DNA of 64,000 nt from a virus, in the IMG/VR virus record IMGVR_UViG_3300043446_005051, positions 1-64,000 of that record. One strand, written 5' to 3'. Made by a program: the position numbers and the translations under genes. Within the stretch, counting starts at the first letter, position 1, and every line of letters starts with the position of its first letter. The notes under the pieces were generated by a model that saw nothing but the letters and a program-made list of their open reading frames with translations, was not told the origin of the DNA and did not search any database. Below, piece after piece: positions 51,039 to 62,914 of the stretch.

Positions 51039-54000
51039 TCAATTATATAATTGAGCATCAAAACGTTTATCAGCATCACTATCTGCTAAACCAATTATAT
51101 TTACATCAAAGGAGTCTTTACCTCTTAAATAAGTGTATAAATTAAATGGACCAGAATTATAATCTTTTGCCCATATTTTTGCTCCATATTTTAATTTAAC
51201 TTGATTGTTCTCGTTATTAATACTACTCTTTGTTGAATTACTAATATTATAAAATTGACTAGCAGTAGTACCAGTAGGTGGTTCAAGAATTGAGAATGCC
51301 TCCGCACATACATTGGGCCTTTCGTGGAATCCATTATAGAATGCACTCATATCCCAATTATTGTTATTAAAGTTCCATTTAACTTTTGGTCCAATACGAG
51401 ATGCTATTGTACAATTACCTCTTCCACCGATTCCAACCATTGTTAATTTAACAGCAGATGAGAAACTATGAATAAAGCTAAATCGTAATGTATTATTATC
51501 TTCAATAGGGTCACCATACCCAGCTTGTTTGAAATCAAAAATTAAATCTACGCCTTGACCTGCTAGTCCACCTACTTGGTCTACCATTGACATATGAGTC
51601 GATGTATTACCCACACCACTTGAAGTTGGTGCAGGATAACATGCAGTTCTAATATCATAGTTTTTACCGGGACCATCTTTAAGTGGAATAGAAACTCTAA
51701 ATTGTATTTTCTCACCATAAGATGCAGTTGCATTGATTAATTTATTATTGTTTCTGCAATTATACCAATTAATATTCATATCTCGACCAGCCACTCCAAA
51801 TCCACCATTAAAAGTTAAAATAACATCAGATACAGATGTAGCTCCTATGCCTACATTAACATTTATATCTTGGAATATTATTCCAGAAGAAATAATTGGG
51901 AAATCAAACTGAGTAAATCTTGTATCTGCAGTTATCATAGAATTTGTTCCACCAACTGTCATCGTAATTCCAATACCAGAGGAAGCCCCTCTAGCTGCTG
52001 CTACAACCACAGGAGTCCAGCTATTTGAAATCATTAGAGGACCTTCTTCTTGAGCTGTAATGTTATTATGAACACTTACGATAATTTCTGAACCAAGTGG
52101 AACATACCTATTAGATGCTTCTCTTAATGCCTCAGTTACAGATGTGAAAATTGTATTTCTCAAATTTTCAGAGCCTGGGATGTAGCTTGTAAAGCTTACT
52201 CCTTCTGGAGAATAACCATCAGGGACTGAATTATCCCCGGTCAATGCCGAACCAGGAGATGATGCTACGTGTAATATAATAAATGAACCAGTTTTAGGCG
52301 CTTTAGCGTAATTAGTATTCAGATATTCTACTACTGCTTTTTCTGTTGGTATTTTTGTATCCAAAGCTGATTCTTGAATTTTATTCACAGAATTTCGAAT
52401 AGCACTTCCAGTTATAATTCCACTGATTCTAACATCTCCATTTACATCAAGTTTGAAAGAAGGATTATTTACACCAAGTCCAAGATTACCTTCTATCGTT
52501 ACTGGATAATTATAAGAAGATGTACCTATTCTAAAGAATTCTATTCTTCTAGTTGTAGTATTTCTAATTAACTTCATTACTTCTGATGTAGATGAAGTCA
52601 AAGAGGTTGTGATGCCAAGAGTTAGGTCACCTGAATTATTCGTTAATGAATATGTATTATCATTACTACTATCTCTCATTAAAAATGTAGGAGAATTGTT
52701 AACAATAGATACATTTTCTCTGATGGTAACACTCGTTAGTCCGACTTCAACATCTCCATTTCTAATGGAAATAACTCTATCAGTTGATATTGCAACAACT
52801 GTATTATTTGAATCGAAAGAAGCTGGACTAAAACTTGGAAGAGTTGCAGTTCCACTTGTGATTGCGAGTTTCCATGTGTTTTTATCTAAACTAGTACTAT
52901 TTTCAGTATCCACTCCAGCCATCCAATATGGTTTAGAACCACATCTCCAAGATAGGACAGCATCTCCTTGATTATTTCCATTTAAAATTGATAAATGAGC
53001 ACCATCACTTCCATTACCTGAAGTTGTCTTCCCAATTTGAACTATTCCATTATTTAAAGTAGTTGGAAGAATAGAGAGAGTAGAAACTGAGGAGCCACTT
53101 CCTACGAAATTCCTTAATTCAACTGAACCTCCTAAATCGTCTGCTTGAATTATGAGTTTACCAGTTCCATAGTGGTCTATTATAGAATTTCCATTTAGTA
53201 ATGTACCACTAGTGTCTTCACGTCTAAAACTTAAAGATGGCACATCTCCATTAGTGTTTATTCCAACATCTATGCGTCGCCCAGTACCCTGTAAGTAGAT
53301 GGCATTACCACTAGTAATGGCATTATCATTTTGTATTATAACTCTTTGTCTTAAGTTTATACCAGTTAGAAGGCCATCTCCGTTATTATCTCTGCCATAT
53401 ACTGGACCTAAAAATGTTGAAACTCCAGTTACTCTTAATGACTTTAAATTTAATGAATCTATTTTGTTTATAGTGTCAGTAAATTTTACTCCATTAATAG
53501 TTAACGATTCAGTGGCTGTTATTTCTCTAGCTTTAATCTCATCTACCTCAATATTCCATCTGTCTGAACTTTTGCTTATTAATCCCCAATATCTCCAAGG
53601 CGTATTAGTGTTATTCACTTTTATCCGGCCAATATATGAATCCCCGGATGGAGCATACGCAATTGTCCCTATTTTTTCATTAGAAGGAAGTTCTACATTT
53701 GGAGTACTAACAAAAAACTTTTTATTATTTAATGTTAATGTATTTAATTCAAACTCTTTTGCAAAAGTTACATTACCTTGGAAACGTACAGGTCCATAGA
53801 AGATAGAACTTTCTGTTCCATTTTCACCGCCTTCTACTGTTAATTTTTGACGAATTAACATATTATCAAAGATGCCTGACATTCTGCTTGGGTCATCTGA
53901 CCCATCAGCATCATCTCCAGTGAAGGTAATTATAGGAGCTTTTATAGTAGTTTGTTGACCAGTAATTGCACTAACTTTAGTAGCTCCATTATAAAATTCT

Positions 54001-57000
54001 CCAATGTCATTCATTCCACTGTAAACTACAGTTCCTCCAGACAGTTCACGGGATTGAGATACTATAATCTCATCATCTGAGAGCTTTCTAGACTGCTTCT
54101 GAGGAATAGATGTTGAGTAGTTACCTGGGCCATACCCTAAGTACTCAAAGGTATGCCCAGAGGCTCTCATAAAGGATGGTCTACGTAACTCAACTGGCAA
54201 TAATTTTATTTTATAGACTCTAGAATTTGCTGGAATATCTATTTTGGTAGTTCCAAACATTCCACGTTGAACTGTAAACTGGTTCTGGTCAACTCCTGAA
54301 GCTGGTGAAATTATTCTCATAATTTCACCATTTATTTGAATATAGTCACCTCGATTAAATCCACGAGTATCATTAAATTGAATTAAGGTATTATTCTTAC
54401 TAATTTGATTAATTGAAGAAGTTGTTATTCCATCATATATGAAATTTAATCTACTTTCTAAATTTTCTCCGGTTCTACCGGTGGACTTTGCATTTGGTTG
54501 GAATATTTTTTTATAAATAAATCCTTGTGTGGGTTCAATAATTGAATTTAATTGACCAATATTAAATGTAAATGTAGTTAGTCCAATAACAGAATTAACT
54601 ATAAAATCAGAATCATATGATGTTTGCCCACTTCCTATTATCTTAAAGTTATTACCTTCACTCAATCCGTGTTCAGATGATGTTGTTACTGTAACTATTC
54701 CGGTTGTAATATCATTAAAATCAAAATTTGATACTTGTATTCCACTGGAAGATAAGACTCCAAAAGGAACTCTATTGTTTCTATTTGGAACATATGTTGG
54801 TAGATTTGTAGTTGTATATACAACTACTGTATTTGAATTTGGAATTTCTTTTATTCTAAAGATATCATTAAATTCATTCTGTATAAATCCACCTAGTTCT
54901 AATCCACTATTTACGTTATCTACTATTGCACTTACAGTTGCCGTTGAATTCGAACCTATTCCAATCGTATTATTTACTGAGAAATTAGACCCCCCATCAA
55001 TGATTTCAAAATATGCAATATCATTTGATGTAATTGTATAATTACATTTAGCATCAGTTTCATTTCCTCCCTTGGTGATAGGTACTCCATAGTAAGTTCC
55101 ATCTGGGTGGCTTCCAGAAATATTGAAATTATTAACTTCAGAAATTGAATTTAATTTATGTTCAACTGTAGTTGTAATTGTAAGAGTTGTATTTCCAAGT
55201 CCACTTTGAACTAAATTTGAAATTCCAAATCCAATATTATTTTGAATTAGATATCCAATAGACTCTCTGGTAATTGAGAACCTCTTATCGTTTGTGATAA
55301 CTTTTCCTGGTATCAAATGGTCAGCATAACTTACTGCTTCCTTTGGATTAGGTACAAAGTTATCTCTATCTACTTGTGGATATAAATTTCTTACATCTTG
55401 ATTATAATTTTTCAAAGAAAGCCCGTACCCAATATTTTCACTTGTTTTTACATTAGATGTAATAAGAGTTAAATGATAAATTCCATCTTGTCCATTATTT
55501 CCTGGAATATGAGGTTTTATAGTATCAACTTTATAAACAGTAAGAGTATTTTTATACTTTTCTCTTGATACTACTGGTAGTGACGAAATGGTTGACTCAT
55601 TTCTAATTTGAGTATTATTTGTGAATGCTCCTGGATTTGTTGATACTCCTGAAATTCTGTAAGTAAATGTTCTAGAATCAATAATACTTAATACTTCATA
55701 AGAACCATTAAATGTTGATGTTATTCCAGTTGCAGCTGGATTAAATGTACTCTTTACGTTATTAATGAATACAGTGTCCCCTTGTAAAAACTTATGAGGA
55801 AGCTCGGTTTTTACTGTTACTACTTGTGAATTATTTGAAATACTTCCAGCAGATATTGAAGAGATTACCTTTTCATTTCTTTTATCAAAAATTGATAAAT
55901 TATTTTCTAATGAAATACTTCCAACTGTAACTCCAACTGATTTAGATTCTTGAAGGACAAACCCAACAGAAGGTTCTCTAATATTTTTATAATCTTTAGG
56001 TATCACATAACGAACTTTATATAATCTATCTTCTAAAGTTCTGGTCTCAGCAATTCTACTAAAATAAGTTTCTTGAGTAGAATCTCCAAGTTTAGAATTT
56101 ACAGAAGAAAGTTGATCTCTTATTTCATTGCCTGCAATTATATACCAGTTATTGACAGAAGGATCCCATTGAATTGGATGACCTGGTTCTCCTGGTAGTT
56201 TATCTGAAACGTAACTTACTATGGTTAATCCTTGTATATTATTTGTTCCAAACCCAGTTATTTCATTTCCATCTAAAGCATCATTATAATTATAAGCTAA
56301 TTTTATTGTATTACTACCCGTATTAATTGCATAATATATTGAATTGGAAACCAATCCGTCTGGCATCCTTCCAATCTCACTGAAAATTCTTACTTTTTCT
56401 CCAGTTATAAACTGATGATTAGATACTGTTATATTACCATTAGATGGATTTACCCCTCCAATTGAATATTTCTTCAATGATGAAATATTTGGGTTTGCCG
56501 ATTTTGGCTGCATATAAATTGGAGAGCTATATACATCCGTATTACTATTTTCTTCTGAACTACTTGTTGGTAAAATTAAATTTAAAGTGTCTCCAATTTT
56601 AGAACCAATTCTATATCCATCAATTTTAGATGGAGGTAGAACATTTATATCATTATATTGATATAGGTAAATTTTATTTGACCCATCTATAGTTAGATTT
56701 ACATCTATTGGAAGCCAAGTAACTTCCAATTCATTTTGAGGCACCTCTCTTGGAGGTATAATATGAGTTATGTAACCGACATCATCCCTATCAAATGATT
56801 TGTTTCTAAAATCATAACTTTCTAGAGCAAGAGCTCCAAAGTTTGAGTTGGAGTTGGTGATGCTCATATCACCACCGGTTTCAGTTACGAAGTGCTTTGC
56901 GAAACCAATGGCAAAAATTGAAACACATTGAATAAATGAATTATTAGACGCTCTTATATGGAAGTTTTCAAATTTTGGATCGTAAATTGCAGAAGAATTT

Positions 57001-58388
57001 GTATGAAGAGGTCTTTCTGGGTCAGATGCTGTAAGTTGATTTTGTTTTACGTAATTATTAGATGCTTTTGAATAAAGTAAGAATGCATTATCATCTTTCT
57101 GTAGAGAAATTCCAGTGAATTGAGCAACTACTATAGATTTAAATCCGTCCGCCTTATCTCCATCTGCCCACAAGCCACACATTCCATAGGAGGAACGAAG
57201 AGAACAGTTGAAAATATATGGAGAAGAAGATGATGTTGAATCACTTTCAACTTTTATAATAGCATTTGAAATTGAATTCTGTGATGGTAATTTATTTGAA
57301 GGTATTGAAGGTGTAATATAAGTAAATGTATTTGGTCCTACAACACTTCTAACTATAAATGAACCATTATATGATGTTGGGTCTACAGTAATTCCTGAAA
57401 TTAATATCGGAGTATTTTCAGCTAGATTATGAGGTGCATCTAGATTTGAAATTAAATCTTTTGTAGTTACAGTAATTTCATTTAGAACACCACCACCAGC
57501 TCCATTTCCAGAACGAATTGATGAAATTCCAATCAGATTTTCTTCTAGAACTCCAACTATTCTATATTCATCTATAATTGGCTCAATTTCTAGATTCGTT
57601 GGGTAATTAGGAATATCTCTACCGCTTTGAATACCATATGCATTTGCAATTTTGTAATAATACATTTGGAGGTCAGTTAAATCAGTCTGCTCAAGACCTA
57701 ATTTAACTTTGTTTACACCATCCGCATATGTAAATGCTGTTAATTTATGATGAGAAAACTTGCCAATTACTAGGCTATCTGTATAATCCTTATATACGCC
57801 AGTGGCAACATCAGCATCAAAAAAAGTAAATGAAGTAAAGTAACAATTTCCGGTAACTTTAAATATGCTAGATCTATCTACGGTATCTTCTAGAGGATCT
57901 GGTACATAAAGAGGTCTAATTTTTGTTTTACGTAAATCTAAACCAACAATAGAAGTACCTCTAGGTAAAATTACTCCACCTTCTACTGAGTTAAATTTAT
58001 ACAGGTCGTTTGTAGAATCAAATATATCGAAATTGGAATTTTCCGTAAATTCATTTAAATTTTCAACTTGCCAATTATCTGCCCCTCTTCTTTTTTTATA
58101 TACTGCATTATTACCAGATTTGGTAATTGACAAACCAGGTCTATTATCAATATAATGAGTACCTGAAGACACTAAAATAGTAGTTCTATCATTTAAATCA
58201 TTATCAAATCCAAGTTGATATGAAAATCTTGAAGCTTCAATTAAAGCTCTTTGAATTGTTTTAAAAGGTCTTGTTGCACTATCTCCACGATTCTCGAAGC
58301 TATCCGTAGCATCAAAACTATTTGGGTCTACGTATATAACTGTACCTTTAGGTGAACGTAGAAAATTTTCTAATCTTGAAATTGGCAT
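51039..58388 (-). CDS. Large virion structural protein (baseplate/tail-associated) of T4-like cyanophages
   Basis: MPISRLENFL, YVDP...G....PFKTIQRALIEA, repeated TVTT...H.L..G beta modules, LRRPS..RASGHTFEYLGYGPGNYST, LG.GV.NP..KLDVNG fibre repeat; TAAATA upstream. Confidence 0.85.
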   Translation of the reverse strand: MPISRLENFLRSPKGTVIYVDPNSFDATDSFENRGDSATRPFKTIQRALIEASRFSYQLGFDNDLNDRTTILVSSGTHYIDNRPGLSITKSGNNAVYKKRRGADNWQVENLNEFTENSNFDIFDSTNDLYKFNSVEGGVILPRGTSIVGLDLRKTKIRPLYVPDPLEDTVDRSSIFKVTGNCYFTSFTFFDADVATGVYKDYTDSLVIGKFSHHKLTAFTYADGVNKVKLGLEQTDLTDLQMYYYKIANAYGIQSGRDIPNYPTNLEIEPIIDEYRIVGVLEENLIGISSIRSGNGAGGGVLNEITVTTKDLISNLDAPHNLAENTPILISGITVDPTSYNGSFIVRSVVGPNTFTYITPSIPSNKLPSQNSISNAIIKVESDSTSSSSPYIFNCSLRSSYGMCGLWADGDKADGFKSIVVAQFTGISLQKDDNAFLLYSKASNNYVKQNQLTASDPERPLHTNSSAIYDPKFENFHIRASNNSFIQCVSIFAIGFAKHFVTETGGDMSITNSNSNFGALALESYDFRNKSFDRDDVGYITHIIPPREVPQNELEVTWLPIDVNLTIDGSNKIYLYQYNDINVLPPSKIDGYRIGSKIGDTLNLILPTSSSEENSNTDVYSSPIYMQPKSANPNISSLKKYSIGGVNPSNGNITVSNHQFITGEKVRIFSEIGRMPDGLVSNSIYYAINTGSNTIKLAYNYNDALDGNEITGFGTNNIQGLTIVSYVSDKLPGEPGHPIQWDPSVNNWYIIAGNEIRDQLSSVNSKLGDSTQETYFSRIAETRTLEDRLYKVRYVIPKDYKNIREPSVGFVLQESKSVGVTVGSISLENNLSIFDKRNEKVISSISAGSISNNSQVVTVKTELPHKFLQGDTVFINNVKSTFNPAATGITSTFNGSYEVLSIIDSRTFTYRISGVSTNPGAFTNNTQIRNESTISSLPVVSREKYKNTLTVYKVDTIKPHIPGNNGQDGIYHLTLITSNVKTSENIGYGLSLKNYNQDVRNLYPQVDRDNFVPNPKEAVSYADHLIPGKVITNDKRFSITRESIGYLIQNNIGFGISNLVQSGLGNTTLTITTTVEHKLNSISEVNNFNISGSHPDGTYYGVPITKGGNETDAKCNYTITSNDIAYFEIIDGGSNFSVNNTIGIGSNSTATVSAIVDNVNSGLELGGFIQNEFNDIFRIKEIPNSNTVVVYTTTNLPTYVPNRNNRVPFGVLSSSGIQVSNFDFNDITTGIVTVTTSSEHGLSEGNNFKIIGSGQTSYDSDFIVNSVIGLTTFTFNIGQLNSIIEPTQGFIYKKIFQPNAKSTGRTGENLESRLNFIYDGITTSSINQISKNNTLIQFNDTRGFNRGDYIQINGEIMRIISPASGVDQNQFTVQRGMFGTTKIDIPANSRVYKIKLLPVELRRPSFMRASGHTFEYLGYGPGNYSTSIPQKQSRKLSDDEIIVSQSRELSGGTVVYSGMNDIGEFYNGATKVSAITGQQTTIKAPIITFTGDDADGSDDPSRMSGIFDNMLIRQKLTVEGGENGTESSIFYGPVRFQGNVTFAKEFELNTLTLNNKKFFVSTPNVELPSNEKIGTIAYAPSGDSYIGRIKVNNTNTPWRYWGLISKSSDRWNIEVDEIKAREITATESLTINGVKFTDTINKIDSLNLKSLRVTGVSTFLGPVYGRDNNGDGLLTGINLRQRVIIQNDNAITSGNAIYLQGTGRRIDVGINTNGDVPSLSFRREDTSGTLLNGNSIIDHYGTGKLIIQADDLGGSVELRNFVGSGSSVSTLSILPTTLNNGIVQIGKTTSGNGSDGAHLSILNGNNQGDAVLSWRCGSKPYWMAGVDTENSTSLDKNTWKLAITSGTATLPSFSPASFDSNNTVVAISTDRVISIRNGDVEVGLTSVTIRENVSIVNNSPTFLMRDSSNDNTYSLTNNSGDLTLGITTSLTSSTSEVMKLIRNTTTRRIEFFRIGTSSYNYPVTIEGNLGLGVNNPSFKLDVNGDVRISGIITGSAIRNSVNKIQESALDTKIPTEKAVVEYLNTNYAKAPKTGSFIILHVASSPGSALTGDNSVPDGYSPEGVSFTSYIPGSENLRNTIFTSVTEALREASNRYVPLGSEIIVSVHNNITAQEEGPLMISNSWTPVVVAAARGASSGIGITMTVGGTNSMITADTRFTQFDFPIISSGIIFQDINVNVGIGATSVSDVILTFNGGFGVAGRDMNINWYNCRNNNKLINATASYGEKIQFRVSIPLKDGPGKNYDIRTACYPAPTSSGVGNTSTHMSMVDQVGGLAGQGVDLIFDFKQAGYGDPIEDNNTLRFSFIHSFSSAVKLTMVGIGGRGNCTIASRIGPKVKWNFNNNNWDMSAFYNGFHERPNVCAEAFSILEPPTGTTASQFYNISNSTKSSINNENNQVKLKYGAKIWAKDYNSGPFNLYTYLRGKDSFDVNIIGLADSDADKRFDAQLYN

Positions 58389-58695
58389 TTGAATGAGATC
58401 TACTATTCTTATAATTTATTTAGTAGATCTCAACAAAATAAATTATATTTATACTTCAACATCTGACAGGAGTTCTCCTCGGAGTTCTGCTAGTTTCGCC
58501 TCAGCTAGGCATTGCACACAAGTCCAATAAGTCTCTCCACTAATTGGAAAAAATTCATCAGTAAAATATGAAGCCATATCTTCTTGAAGTTTGATTAGTT
58601 CTAGATTCGTCTCTTTAGAAATGAACATAAGTTCTCCATCGTGGCTTCACCACTGTACCAGATTTCGAGCTGGCTGTCAAGCAACTCTAGTCGAG

Positions 58696-59487
58696 TCAGT
58701 TCACCTCTAGATTAAATTCAGAATATAATTTTACATTATCGTGTCCAATAACATTTATAGGATTTTCTGATTCTTTTGATAATATTTTACGAGTGTTATG
58801 TAACCCCTTTAGCCCCCATTCGTCATCCTTTTCTTGCCCACAAGTATTTTCAATACTATTGAAATTATGTTCATATGAATTAATATTTAAAAATAGATAT
58901 AAATTTTTTAATTCTTCTTCTGGATTATTTACAAGGGCATCATAATTGACTAAGTGAACAAATTCAGGATATTTTGTAATTCCAATTACTAAACTTTCAT
59001 AAGAAGGTGATACACATTGCTTCCATATAAATTCAACCCTATTATCTACATTCAATTCTAAATTATTATTTCTTAAATAATTATCAATAAAATTCAATGT
59101 ATGTTCTGATTTATTGATTAAAGTAATGTAGGATGATATGATATCTGGAATAGGACGATATACTGCTATTATTTTAGGGGCATTGTCTATAAACTTTCTA
59201 ATCGCATCTATATTTTGAGGCCAAGTTCGGTTTTTATCGAAAATATAAGTTTCATTTCTATGATTATAAAAATTAGATGATATGGACTTATAGATGTTAT
59301 AGGATACTTTCTCAAAGTCAAAGCTGTATTGAATATTAAAATGGTTTAATTTAGCGTCAATATCAAAAAGTAAATCTCCTAATGGTGAAGTTGGAGTTAC
59401 ATATAATAATGGATTTTGATTTAGAATACTTCCCAGTATAGTTGAACCACTTCTTGGTAATCCAGATAAAAAAAATAATTTCTTCAT
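58696..59487 (-). CDS. Sulfotransferase family protein
   Basis: SGLPRSGSTIL..ILNQNP (5'-PSB), DKNR.W, R....IISS (3'-PB), YDALV..PE. Confidence 0.9.
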   Translation of the reverse strand: MKKLFFLSGLPRSGSTILGSILNQNPLLYVTPTSPLGDLLFDIDAKLNHFNIQYSFDFEKVSYNIYKSISSNFYNHRNETYIFDKNRTWPQNIDAIRKFIDNAPKIIAVYRPIPDIISSYITLINKSEHTLNFIDNYLRNNNLELNVDNRVEFIWKQCVSPSYESLVIGITKYPEFVHLVNYDALVNNPEEELKNLYLFLNINSYEHNFNSIENTCGQEKDDEWGLKGLHNTRKILSKESENPINVIGHDNVKLYSEFNLEVN

Positions 59488-59507
59488 AATGTTATAAAAA
59501 ATAATAA

Positions 59508-60680
59508 TTAATTTTCGTATGTAATCGCTAAATTATGAGCTCCGCCGCAAGAAATATCTTTCCAATTAGTTTTTGTACTTATTTGAGTAAATATAGTCGT
59601 ACCTCCAGTTCCCACTAATGATGTCAATTGACGACTTCCATTGGAACCAGTTCCCCATAAAGTTCCATCTGTTTTAATTGCTAATGTATAGTTGCTTGAA
59701 TTGCTGGAGTTTACCCTTACTCTTTTCCAATTATTAGATGACCCTACTTGAATAAATTCAGTAGTTACCCCCACTGATGGTCCTAAGCCTAGTTGACCAT
59801 CAGTGTTTGACCCTCTTGCCCACAAGGTTCCGTCTGTCTTAACTGCCATCGTATAGTCTATACAACTTATTTGTTTCCAATTTGTTTCATTCCCAATTTG
59901 TACTGGACTTGTGGAAATTGAATTTGCAAAAATGTCACCTTCCCTAGCCAGATTACCCCATCTATATAAACTTCCATCCGTTTTAATAGCATATGCATAA
60001 CTAATACCAGGCTCTACCGTTTTCCAATCATTAGATACTCCAATCTGTGTAAATATAGATGTTGTGTCACTACCTGGTATATTACGCGAGCCTGTTATCC
60101 ACAATGTCCCGTCCTTTTTAATTGCTATTGTCGTTCTGAAACCAGTTTTAGCTTCTCTCCACTCACTACTTAACCCAACTTGAGTTGGTTTATTTGTAGA
60201 AGCTATGCCCACCAATCCTAATTGTGAGAAACTATTATTTCCCCACACCCAAAGAGTTCCATCATATTTAATTGCTGCTGCATGGTCTGGAGTATCATTT
60301 GTAAAATCTGATGAATAATAACTTATTGTTTTCCAATTTATATTATTATCAATTTTAGTTGGAGTTGATATTGCTGAGCCAGCATAACCTAATCCCAATT
60401 GTCCTAAGCTGTTAGCTCCCCACACCCATAAAGTGCCATCTGACTTTATGGTCATTGAACCTCTGGCTGAAGTTTCAACTGCTTTCCAATTAATTCCAAT
60501 TCCAACATTAGTGTTTATAATATTAAAATTAGTATTGGAATTTATACCATTTCCAAGAACTCCATTGGATGCATTTCCCCATACATATAATCCACCTTCT
60601 TGAAAATATTCAGATGGTACGAAAACATCATCAAAGTTATATACTACTCCATTTTCGGTGAAGTTATAAAATGTTGGCAT
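59508..60680 (-). CDS. RCC1/BLIP-II repeat beta-propeller protein
   Basis: About 7 repeats of AIKxDGTLWxWGxNxxGQLG...P.Q.G...W. Confidence 0.93.
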   Translation of the reverse strand: MPTFYNFTENGVVYNFDDVFVPSEYFQEGGLYVWGNASNGVLGNGINSNTNFNIINTNVGIGINWKAVETSARGSMTIKSDGTLWVWGANSLGQLGLGYAGSAISTPTKIDNNINWKTISYYSSDFTNDTPDHAAAIKYDGTLWVWGNNSFSQLGLVGIASTNKPTQVGLSSEWREAKTGFRTTIAIKKDGTLWITGSRNIPGSDTTSIFTQIGVSNDWKTVEPGISYAYAIKTDGSLYRWGNLAREGDIFANSISTSPVQIGNETNWKQISCIDYTMAVKTDGTLWARGSNTDGQLGLGPSVGVTTEFIQVGSSNNWKRVRVNSSNSSNYTLAIKTDGTLWGTGSNGSRQLTSLVGTGGTTIFTQISTKTNWKDISCGGAHNLAITYEN

Positions 60681-60685
60681 TTCTC

Positions 60686-61048
60686 TTAAGGTTCAATATA
60701 AACTACAGGTGCATTCATCTCTTTACTCCAATTCTCCAACCAACTTTTAACAGATGAATTCATCTTTGAATTATTTATTGAAATTGCTTTAAGAAATTGT
60801 ACATCATTATTTCTTTCAACCGATACTAGAACATTACATTTGTCTGGTCTCATTTCTTCAGGTAATAGCTTTTGACTCCAAGCACATTGATAATTTACAC
60901 ATACATTAGGACGAACCTTGTGTATTTTACATCCATTACACCCTTTAAATTTACAAGATTGTCCATTTCCAAATTCCCATCCGTAAGAACTTCCAATTAG
61001 CCAAGTACAACATGCTGTACAGTCGCCACAAGACCTAAAATAATTCAT
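60686..61048 (-). CDS. YkgJ-like CxxCxxCC metal-cluster protein
   Basis: CGDCTACC...C.F....C.IH..RP..C..Y.C.W. Confidence 0.85.
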   Translation of the reverse strand: MNYFRSCGDCTACCTWLIGSSYGWEFGNGQSCKFKGCNGCKIHKVRPNVCVNYQCAWSQKLLPEEMRPDKCNVLVSVERNNDVQFLKAISINNSKMNSSVKSWLENWSKEMNAPVVYIEP

Positions 61049-61054
61049 AATATA

Positions 61055-62254
61055 TTAAATAAAATCTAAAGAAAGAATTCCTACACTATGTCCCTCTCCC
61101 GGACTTATTTGCTTCCAATTTTTATTTGCTCCTATCTGAACTGGAGACGGTTGACTAGTGTTATTTCCTATACCAAGTTGTCCGTTAATATTGTAACCCC
61201 ACCCCCATATAGTGCCATCAGTTTTAATTGCCATAGTATAATAGTTTCCACATTCTATATTTTTCCAATTTGATGAAATTCCAACTTTAGTTGGAGTAGT
61301 TTTAGTTGAATTATCACCAACTCCAAGCTGACCAAAATTATTTCTACCCCAAGCCCATAATGAACCATCTGTTTTGATAGCAATTGTGTGTTCTTTTCCT
61401 GTACTTATTTTATACCAATCGCTAGTTAAATTTCCAATTTGAGTTGGGGTACCTACAGTGGCTGTGTTACCCCTTCCTAGTTGATAAAAATTATTAAGAC
61501 CCCATCCCCATAAAGTTCCATCCGCTTTTATTGCAATGGAATATAAGTCCCCACAAGAAATTGATTTCCAATCAAAGTTTATTAAATCTATTTGCCTAGG
61601 GCTATTGGTACTTGCGTAACCAGTTATACCTAGGGCACTAGATTGATTATTTCCCCACCCCCATAAAGACCCATCAGTTTTAATTGCTAAGGTATGACTA
61701 TTTCCAGCTCCAACTAACCTCCAATTTGAAGAAATTCCAACCTGAGTTGGAGAAATTTTATCAGTATTATTAGATATTCCGAGTTGGCCATTAGTATTCC
61801 TACCCCAAGACCATAATGTACCATCAGTTTTTATGGCAAATGATGAGTCTGAATATGTTGAAATCTGTAACCAATTTGAAGCGATACCCACTTGTATTGG
61901 AGTTGATTGAATTAAACTAGTATTAGTAGTGTTTATGCCTAGCTTTCCATATGAGTTTATACCCCAAGTCCATAAAGTTCCATCTTTTTTAATCGCCAAA
62001 TTATGGCTGTTTGAAGAGCCAACTATTTTCCAAGTATACCCACTATTAACTTGAGTTGGAGTATTTGTAGCTGCTAATCCTACAACTCCTAACTGCCCTT
62101 GTGTATTACTACCCCAAGACCATAATTGAGGAGTCACTCCTAATTGAGGTAATAAATCTGGATAAACGGAAATTAGATAATCTTTAGTTATTAATTTAGT
62201 ACCTAAATCAATTCCACCACTATCTATAAAATTTGTTTTTGGATTGTATACCAT
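61055..62254 (-). CDS. RCC1/BLIP-II repeat beta-propeller protein
   Basis: Seven AIKTDG(T/S)LW.WG.N..GQLG repeats. Confidence 0.93.
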   Translation of the reverse strand: MVYNPKTNFIDSGGIDLGTKLITKDYLISVYPDLLPQLGVTPQLWSWGSNTQGQLGVVGLAATNTPTQVNSGYTWKIVGSSNSHNLAIKKDGTLWTWGINSYGKLGINTTNTSLIQSTPIQVGIASNWLQISTYSDSSFAIKTDGTLWSWGRNTNGQLGISNNTDKISPTQVGISSNWRLVGAGNSHTLAIKTDGSLWGWGNNQSSALGITGYASTNSPRQIDLINFDWKSISCGDLYSIAIKADGTLWGWGLNNFYQLGRGNTATVGTPTQIGNLTSDWYKISTGKEHTIAIKTDGSLWAWGRNNFGQLGVGDNSTKTTPTKVGISSNWKNIECGNYYTMAIKTDGTIWGWGYNINGQLGIGNNTSQPSPVQIGANKNWKQISPGEGHSVGILSLDFI

Positions 62255-62260
62255 TTATCT

Positions 62261-62914
62261 TCAAACTATTTCTTCTTGAGGTTTAAGATTTATATTATAT
62301 ACTTCATCTATAGTTAAACATGAATCAATTTCTTGATGTTTTGAGTGTTCCCAATCAAAAACGCTTTGAACATAATTATCAACTTCTGATATTACATATT
62401 GTAACTCTTGACTTGTGATTTCCAACCAGGTATTTCTAAACTTGAAATTATGAAGACCAGGTGAAGCTGATAACTTAGATGCTAGTAATTGTCGCTCATC
62501 TCGATTTGTAGATATTTCTACTTGGGAACCGTTAATAGTTACCTCAATAATTGTACTCTCTTTCTGTTTTCTTATTAAAGTAGCATCTTTCTTTTTTTCT
62601 AATTTTACTTCCTCTAGTGTTTTTGCAATTAAAGGATATGTAAATAAAACTTTAATTGGAATACCATTTTGTCGTTCTATAGCCCAAGTAAAATCACCAA
62701 TATTATAATACCTAGAATCAAATGGCTCTGTAATTTTTTCTATTGGTAATAAATGGGTTAATCCATCTGAAAAATGGATAGGCATATCATTATAACTCTG
62801 AGGTTCAACCACATCTGAAAGTTCTAAATCTTCTAATTCTGAATTTATCATTCTCATATTATAAGAGAATGGACCGAGAATAAGTTGATTATTATGTATT
62901 AATGCTATTTCCAT
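62261..62914 (-). CDS. DUF4376-like tail fibre-associated protein
   Basis: K.EKK......R..KE......I.T.R......F......VQ..FDWE......I; TATAAATA upstream. Confidence 0.7.
   Translation of the reverse strand: MEIALIHNNQLILGPFSYNMRMINSELEDLELSDVVEPQSYNDMPIHFSDGLTHLLPIEKITEPFDSRYYNIGDFTWAIERQNGIPIKVLFTYPLIAKTLEEVKLEKKKDATLIRKQKESTIIEVTINGSQVEISTNRDERQLLASKLSASPGLHNFKFRNTWLEITSQELQYVISEVDNYVQSVFDWEHSKHQEIDSCLTIDEVYNINLKPQEEIV

Noticed and set aside
54600-57480. E1 FCCH-like beta repeats in the 2449-aa protein as part of the ubiquitin system
   Set aside because: Such repeats are common in phage baseplate/tail proteins and carry no E1 catalytic motifs
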